A stretch of 3,381 nucleotides of DNA. Source: a virus. Taxonomy: Duplodnaviria; Heunggongvirae; Uroviricota; Caudoviricetes. The notes under the pieces were generated by a model. It was not told where the DNA came from. It searched no databases and saw only the letters and a list, made by a program, of their open reading frames with translations. Position numbers and translations under genes: made by a program. Below, piece after piece: positions 1 to 3,381 of this stretch. The stretch is from positions 1 through 3,381 of IMG/VR virus record IMGVR_UViG_2802429242_000011, one strand, 5' to 3'. Positions within the stretch are counted from its first letter, which is position 1; each line of letters opens with the position of its first letter.

Positions 1-585
1 CTTCGCGGGAAATGTGTACCGCGAGATCTGAAAGTGAACGAAACAAATGCTGAATATCTGGTGCGTAAATTTGCTGAAGCGGAGGCCAAGTGCGCGGCGC
101 TGGCGGCGGAGAATGCGGGGCTGAAGGCGGGACATTCATATTTCTCATATGGCTCTGAGCATAATTTCGAATGGCACAAAACTGCTGAGGAAGCTATCGA
201 ATCGGCTGAGGCTGCAATTGACGACTATCGCGGTGATGCTTGCGATGGATGGAGCGAAGAGGTCGATAGTATTTGCTGGGGAATCATCATGCAATCGTCA
301 ACGAAGGTTGGCGAACGACCACGCAACGAGGATGACTGTTGTGATCCTGCGATCGATACGATTTGCGATTATGCGCTTCTGCCTAATATCGACACCCCAG
401 CCACCGATGCTTTTCTGGCTGAAGTACGGGCGCAGGGCGTGGAGATGCTGGCAAAAAATCATCAGAGTATCGTCAATGCACTTAAGGGAGATTCTCTCTT
501 TTCTGATGGTGAATACCGACATGCAGCTATTGTTTCCGCAGCTGTATATTTCGCTGCAGAGCTTCGCAAAGGAGGCTGTCAGTGA
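1..585 (+). CDS. Hypothetical phage protein, probably the C-terminal part of an Ea22-like early-region protein; 5' end likely lies upstream of the window
   Basis: Frame 1 is open from base 1 to the TGA at 583-585. The first in-window start is GTG at 34, which has no convincing Shine-Dalgarno upstream, so the true start is probably outside the window. The product is acidic and Ala/Glu-rich with a predicted coiled-coil N-terminal stretch. The stop overlaps the next gene's start (GTGA, 582-585), indicating translational coupling. The family call is from memory of Ea22-like proteins, not a search. Confidence 0.55.
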   Translation, partial: LRGKCVPRDLKVNETNAEYLVRKFAEAEAKCAALAAENAGLKAGHSYFSYGSEHNFEWHKTAEEAIESAEAAIDDYRGDACDGWSEEVDSICWGIIMQSSTKVGERPRNEDDCCDPAIDTICDYALLPNIDTPATDAFLAEVRAQGVEMLAKNHQSIVNALKGDSLFSDGEYRHAAIVSAAVYFAAELRKGGCQ

Positions 586-998
586 GCGAAATTAATTATC
601 AGGCACTGCGTGAGATAGCAAAACAGGCAACACAAGGCGAATGGGTCGCATTTATTTCGCCGGGCAAATACGGCACGTACGCCGTGCACACACCAGGAGA
701 TAATCATCACGGAGATATTGTCGACTGGCCTGGATTCGACGAACAGAAAAACGCAGAGAACAACGCTCGTTATATCGCAGCTTTCAACCCTGAAGTAGTG
801 CAGGCGCTGTTGGATGAACGAGAAGCCCAAAGCAAACGCATTGCAGAACTGGAAGCACGGGAAATTTCGCTCCCGGAACGTAGCAGCATGCTTCATCGAA
901 CAGATTTTAACGAGGATTACCACACGGTAATGGCATACAAAGTTTCTGAAGTCATCGCTGCAATCCGCGCCGCTGGCATTCGCATCAAAGGAGAGTGA
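582..998 (+). CDS. ead/Ea22-like family phage protein (138 aa)
   Basis: GTG start at 582 is preceded by GGAGG at 571-575 with 6-nt spacing. The N-terminus MSEINYQALREIAKQATQGEW, the internal NARYIAAFNPEVVQALLDEREAQSKRIAELEA and the C-terminal AIRAAGIRIKGE match my recollection of conserved blocks in lambdoid Ea22/EaD-like proteins. Stop TGA at 996-998. Confidence 0.7.
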   Translation: MSEINYQALREIAKQATQGEWVAFISPGKYGTYAVHTPGDNHHGDIVDWPGFDEQKNAENNARYIAAFNPEVVQALLDEREAQSKRIAELEAREISLPERSSMLHRTDFNEDYHTVMAYKVSEVIAAIRAAGIRIKGE

Positions 999-999
999 G

Positions 1000-1191
1000 A
1001 TGAACGGACAAATCTCAATTGTTCGACCGGGAGCATGTGACGATCGCGAGATACGAATGATTATTCGTCTGGCGATGGGGAAAACAATAACGGCTCTCAT
1101 TACTCCAGAAAATCTCGCATTAGCATTAACCGGAAAGTCAGACCTGCCAGTAGAGCTAAAGCTGCGAAATGTTGAGATTAAGGTGAAATAG
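1000..1191 (+). CDS. Small hypothetical phage protein (63 aa)
   Basis: ATG at 1000 lies 1 nt after the upstream stop and is preceded by AAAGGAGAG. The ORF fills the gap between its neighbours exactly, with stop TAG at 1189-1191 two nt before the next ATG. No recognisable domain. Confidence 0.55.
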   Translation: MNGQISIVRPGACDDREIRMIIRLAMGKTITALITPENLALALTGKSDLPVELKLRNVEIKVK

Positions 1192-1193
1192 CT

Positions 1194-1811
1194 ATGACCA
1201 CTATTACCAAAGAACGTATTGAATTGTTCATTAAAAATCCGCTTGAAAACGGGCTTACTCGTAGCGAACAAATGGAAGTGGCACGGATTGCTTTGGCATC
1301 GCTGGAAGCAGAACCGGTTGCAGTAAACGACGACATGGCTTACGCATTCCATCACGCATTGTCAGATTCATCGCTAGGCGCTGATGAAGTAGAGGAAATT
1401 AAGGCCGGTTTGCGTGCTGCCTTTGCCAACGTCACTATCCAACCAGAGCCGGTAGTGCCGGATGAAATCGAGCCAGACGATAGCAATACGTTTGATTATG
1501 TTGATGGCTGGAATGCCTGCCGCGCTGCCATGCTTCATAGTGCCGAACCTGTAAGCCAGGCTTACAAGTTGAACGCGCTAGATGGCAACTCTCCGGTAAC
1601 TCCGGATGGTTGGATAAGCTGTAGTGAGCGAATGCCGGATGATGGTCAGCACGTAATTATTTTATGTGATGGCGCATTCGTTCTTTATGCGCAATATCGA
1701 GACAGTGAGTTTTTTGATGTTGTCCGCAATGGTGAGGAGTTCTTCGAAACGCAGAGCCGCAATGTAACCCACTGGATGCCGCTACCGGAACCGCCGCAGG
1801 AGGTGAAGTGA
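1194..1811 (+). CDS. DUF551 domain-containing phage protein (205 aa)
   Basis: The C-terminal segment DGWISCSERMPDDGQHVIILCDG...VTHWMPLPEPP matches the DUF551 signature (W-I...E-R/L-P-x-D ... THWMPLPEPP) that I recall from lambdoid prophage early-region proteins. ATG 1194 has AAGGTGAAA upstream. Stop TGA at 1809-1811 overlaps the next ATG by 1 nt. Confidence 0.8.
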   Translation: MTTITKERIELFIKNPLENGLTRSEQMEVARIALASLEAEPVAVNDDMAYAFHHALSDSSLGADEVEEIKAGLRAAFANVTIQPEPVVPDEIEPDDSNTFDYVDGWNACRAAMLHSAEPVSQAYKLNALDGNSPVTPDGWISCSERMPDDGQHVIILCDGAFVLYAQYRDSEFFDVVRNGEEFFETQSRNVTHWMPLPEPPQEVK

Positions 1812-2383
1812 TGAACAACTTAATGATCGACCTTGAGACGATGGGGAAAAATAAGGATGCACCGATCGTTTCCATTGGCGCGGTGTTCTTCACTCCAGAA
1901 ACCGGAGACATCGGACAAGAATTCTATACGGTTGTCAGCCTGGACAGTGCTATGGAGCAAGGGGCCACACCTGACGGCGATACCATCCTGTGGTGGTTGA
2001 AACAAAGCCCTGAAGCACGAGCTGCAATCTGTATTGATGATACTTTGTCGATCAGCGATGCACTCTCTGAACTGAGCCATTTCATTAATCGGCACGCAGA
2101 CAATACGAAATATTTAAAAGTTTGGGGTAACGGGGCCACCTTCGACAACGTAATTTTACGCGGAGCTTATGAACGAGCGGGACAAATCTGCCCATGGGCG
2201 TACTGGAATGATCACGATGTACGCACGATCGTTACGCTTGGGCGTTCCATCGGATTCGACCCCAAAATGGACATGCCTTTCGATGGCGAACGGCACAACG
2301 CCTTGGCTGATGCTCGTCATCAGGCCAAATATGTTTCAGCTATCTGGCAGAAATTAATTCCTGCCACCAGCACAGAATTATGA
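1811..2383 (+). CDS. DEDDh-family (DnaQ-like) 3'-5' exonuclease, phage type (Rv2179c-like)
   Basis: All three Exo motifs are present in order: Exo I MIDLET (D-x-E), Exo II WGNGATFDNVIL, Exo III H-x4-D in ERHNALADARH. I prefer ATG 1811 (GGAGG at 1799-1803, 7-nt spacing) over the in-frame GTG 1808 used by the ORF track. Stop TGA at 2381-2383. Confidence 0.85.
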   Translation: MNNLMIDLETMGKNKDAPIVSIGAVFFTPETGDIGQEFYTVVSLDSAMEQGATPDGDTILWWLKQSPEARAAICIDDTLSISDALSELSHFINRHADNTKYLKVWGNGATFDNVILRGAYERAGQICPWAYWNDHDVRTIVTLGRSIGFDPKMDMPFDGERHNALADARHQAKYVSAIWQKLIPATSTEL

Positions 2384-2419
2384 TTTTCCCGGGTGCAGCC
2401 GGTTTTGATGGAGAAAATT

Positions 2420-2701
2420 ATGAACACCTTGTTTTTACTGATGGCTGAATTCAATACCCCAAACATTGAACTCTCAGCAGTTAGCCAAAAGTACTTTGGT
2501 ATGAGTCCAGCCACGGCAGAAGCAAAAGCAAACGCTTGTAAGTTGCCCATTCCAACATATCGCATCGGCACATCACAAAAAGCAAAACGTTGCATCAATA
2601 TTCAGGATCTTGCGGAATACATAGACAAAAGACGAGAAGAAGGACGTATCGAGTGGGAACAGGTCAGAACAGGCAAACAGAAGGGCAAAGAACATCACTA
2701 A
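2420..2701 (+). CDS. PrtN-family / excisionase-like small DNA-binding protein (93 aa from ATG 2420)
   Basis: N-terminus MNTLFLLMAEF followed by a ...SQKAKR..I.IQDLAEYIDKRR core resembles the pyocin-activator PrtN family, which is often annotated as excisionase in enterobacterial prophages. ATG 2420 has GGAG at 2410-2413 with 6-nt spacing. The ORF track's GTG at 2393 and the ATG at 2408 lack a Shine-Dalgarno. Stop TAA at 2699-2701 sits just before the terminator. Confidence 0.7.
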   Translation: MNTLFLLMAEFNTPNIELSAVSQKYFGMSPATAEAKANACKLPIPTYRIGTSQKAKRCINIQDLAEYIDKRREEGRIEWEQVRTGKQKGKEHH

Positions 2702-2703
2702 AG

Positions 2704-2730
2704 AAAAAACCCGCCTGAAGGCGGGTTTTC
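2704..2730. terminator. Bidirectional rho-independent terminator shared by the convergent + and - strand transcription units
   Basis: AAAAAA (2704-2709), stem CCCGCC (2710-2715), loop TGAA, stem GGCGGG (2720-2725), TTTTC (2726-2730). On the - strand the same hairpin is followed by TTTTTTCTT, so termination looks at least as strong for the - strand genes. Confidence 0.75.
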
Positions 2731-2748
2731 AAAAAGCACCAGCTATGA

Positions 2749-2922
2749 TCATGCTGCTTTGCGACGACGAAGCTTACCCTGCTGCTCTTTACCAGAGACA
2801 GTAGCGTGAGTGAACGCATTAGGAGCAGCCTTCATCATAACTTCAACAGCAGCACCCATACCTGCGAATGCTTTCATTGTGTCGAACTTAACCTGTGGCT
2901 TGGTTGCTTTTTGATCTTCCAT
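2749..2922 (-). CDS. Small hypothetical protein (57 aa), not in the supplied ORF track
   Basis: ATG is the reverse complement of 2920-2922 and TGA the reverse complement of 2749-2751. Hand translation gives MEDQKATKPQVKFDTMKAFAGMGAAVEVMMKAAPNAFTHATVSGKEQQGKLRRRKAA. GGAG sits 6 nt upstream (reverse complement of 2929-2932), an in-frame stop lies 5 codons upstream, and the terminator follows directly. Codon choice favours GCT/GGT/GTT/CGT. No family recognised. Confidence 0.55.
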   Translation of the reverse strand: MEDQKATKPQVKFDTMKAFAGMGAAVEVMMKAAPNAFTHATVSGKEQQGKLRRRKAA

Positions 2923-2961
2923 AGAAAACTCCAGAAGCTATACCGAAAAAATTCCTGTTGT

Positions 2962-3381
2962 TTACTCATCATCAATAGATGATACGCAATATTTATTTTT
3001 AAATTTAAGGTTCTTTGGCGTAACTTCATCAGATATATCAAAACCGTCCAGAATTCTATTGAATGTAGCTTCTGGCATATCATCATGAACAGAAATCTCA
3101 CCCGATCGCTGCTTTCTAACCATGTTATCCACTCGCCAAATTATAGCTTCAGCGTAAACAACATAACTTGGATGCTTGATAAAGCGATGATCACCAGAAT
3201 TCAAGACGCAAGACGGATCGTGGGGGACACCATCCTTGATACTAGAAATATTAACAACTAAAACACAATAACAATCGTTAACGGGGTAATAAACAGGATC
3301 ATTACAAATCACATGAAGATGATTGCATGGCCCAGTTGGGGCAAGCACAGTTCCTTTCCTGTATGGCTGATAATCCGTCAT
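2962..3381 (-). CDS. Hypothetical protein (139 aa), low-GC; candidate divergent MazF/PemK (Kid)-fold toxin-like protein
   Basis: ORF runs from an ATG at the very last three bases of the window (3379-3381) to TAA at 2962-2964. The start could instead lie further upstream, outside the window. GC is about 38% by my manual count, against roughly 50% for the phage genes. Ordered motif resemblance to MazF/Kid as I recall them: YQP...G..LAPTGP, CYCVLVVNISS, IIWRVD, MPEATFNRILDGF. By-eye only, unverified. Confidence 0.6.
   Translation of the reverse strand: MTDYQPYRKGTVLAPTGPCNHLHVICNDPVYYPVNDCYCVLVVNISSIKDGVPHDPSCVLNSGDHRFIKHPSYVVYAEAIIWRVDNMVRKQRSGEISVHDDMPEATFNRILDGFDISDEVTPKNLKFKNKYCVSSIDDE

Noticed and set aside
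298-522. 74-aa - strand ORF
   Set aside because: Fully embedded antisense to the first + strand gene; no start signals.
149-595. 148-aa + strand ORF in an alternative frame inside the first gene
   Set aside because: It overlaps the frame-1 ORF almost completely, has an Arg/Leu/Ser-rich composition typical of an off-frame artefact, and lacks a ribosome-binding site.
579-1355. 258-aa - strand ORF antisense to three + strand genes
   Set aside because: It is Cys/Phe/Arg-rich with no Shine-Dalgarno and lies entirely opposite a translationally coupled run of + strand genes with recognisable domains; it looks like a typical antisense shadow ORF.
1657-2148. Three - strand ORFs (1657-1911, 1820-2095, 1924-2148) antisense to the DUF551 and exonuclease genes
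   Set aside because: All overlap well-supported + strand genes with conserved motifs; no Shine-Dalgarno sequences; likely spurious.
2169-2357. 62-aa + strand ORF inside the exonuclease gene in another frame
   Set aside because: It overlaps the region encoding the Exo III motif of the exonuclease; no independent support.
2393-2419. Longer N-terminus for the xis-like gene (GTG 2393, as in the ORF track)
   Set aside because: No Shine-Dalgarno precedes 2393 or 2408, whereas GGAG precedes ATG 2420 at ideal spacing and yields the PrtN-typical MNTLFLLMA start.
2320-2598. 92-aa - strand ORF antisense to the xis-like gene
   Set aside because: Antisense to a gene with family-typical sequence and a strong Shine-Dalgarno; no signals of its own.
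2874-3101. 75-aa - strand ORF overlapping both - strand genes in a different frame
   Set aside because: It spans the intergenic gap and the Shine-Dalgarno of the 57-aa gene and overlaps the 3' end of the 139-aa ORF; the two separate ORFs with proper start signals explain the region better.
1-3381. Search for CRISPR repeats, tRNA or rRNA genes, IS inverted repeats, att-site direct repeats and an integrase
   Set aside because: No repeat-spacer periodicity, no tRNA-like cloverleaf candidates, no terminal inverted repeats and no integrase-like ORF were seen. The only strong palindrome is the terminator hairpin at 2710-2725.

Overview
This 3.4-kb window reads as the integrase-proximal end of the early-left (recombination/accessory) operon of a lambdoid enterobacterial prophage. 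The + strand carries six tightly packed, mostly translationally coupled genes: a 5'-truncated Ea22-like ORF, a second Ea22-like ORF, a 63-aa ORF, a DUF551-type protein, a DEDDh 3'-5' exonuclease and a PrtN/excisionase-like small DNA-binding protein. The operon ends in a bidirectional intrinsic terminator at 2704-2730. Beyond it, on the - strand and convergent with the phage operon, lies a compositionally distinct two-gene module. Its first gene is a low-GC (about 38% by my count) 139-aa ORF at 2962-3381 whose motif order resembles the MazF/PemK (Kid) toxin fold. Its second is a 57-aa ORF at 2749-2922 that is absent from the supplied ORF track. This - strand module is the best candidate for an undescribed toxin or defence-type system. 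No integrase, tRNA, rRNA, CRISPR array or IS element is visible. All functional calls come from by-eye motif recognition and recalled family sequences, with no database search run.
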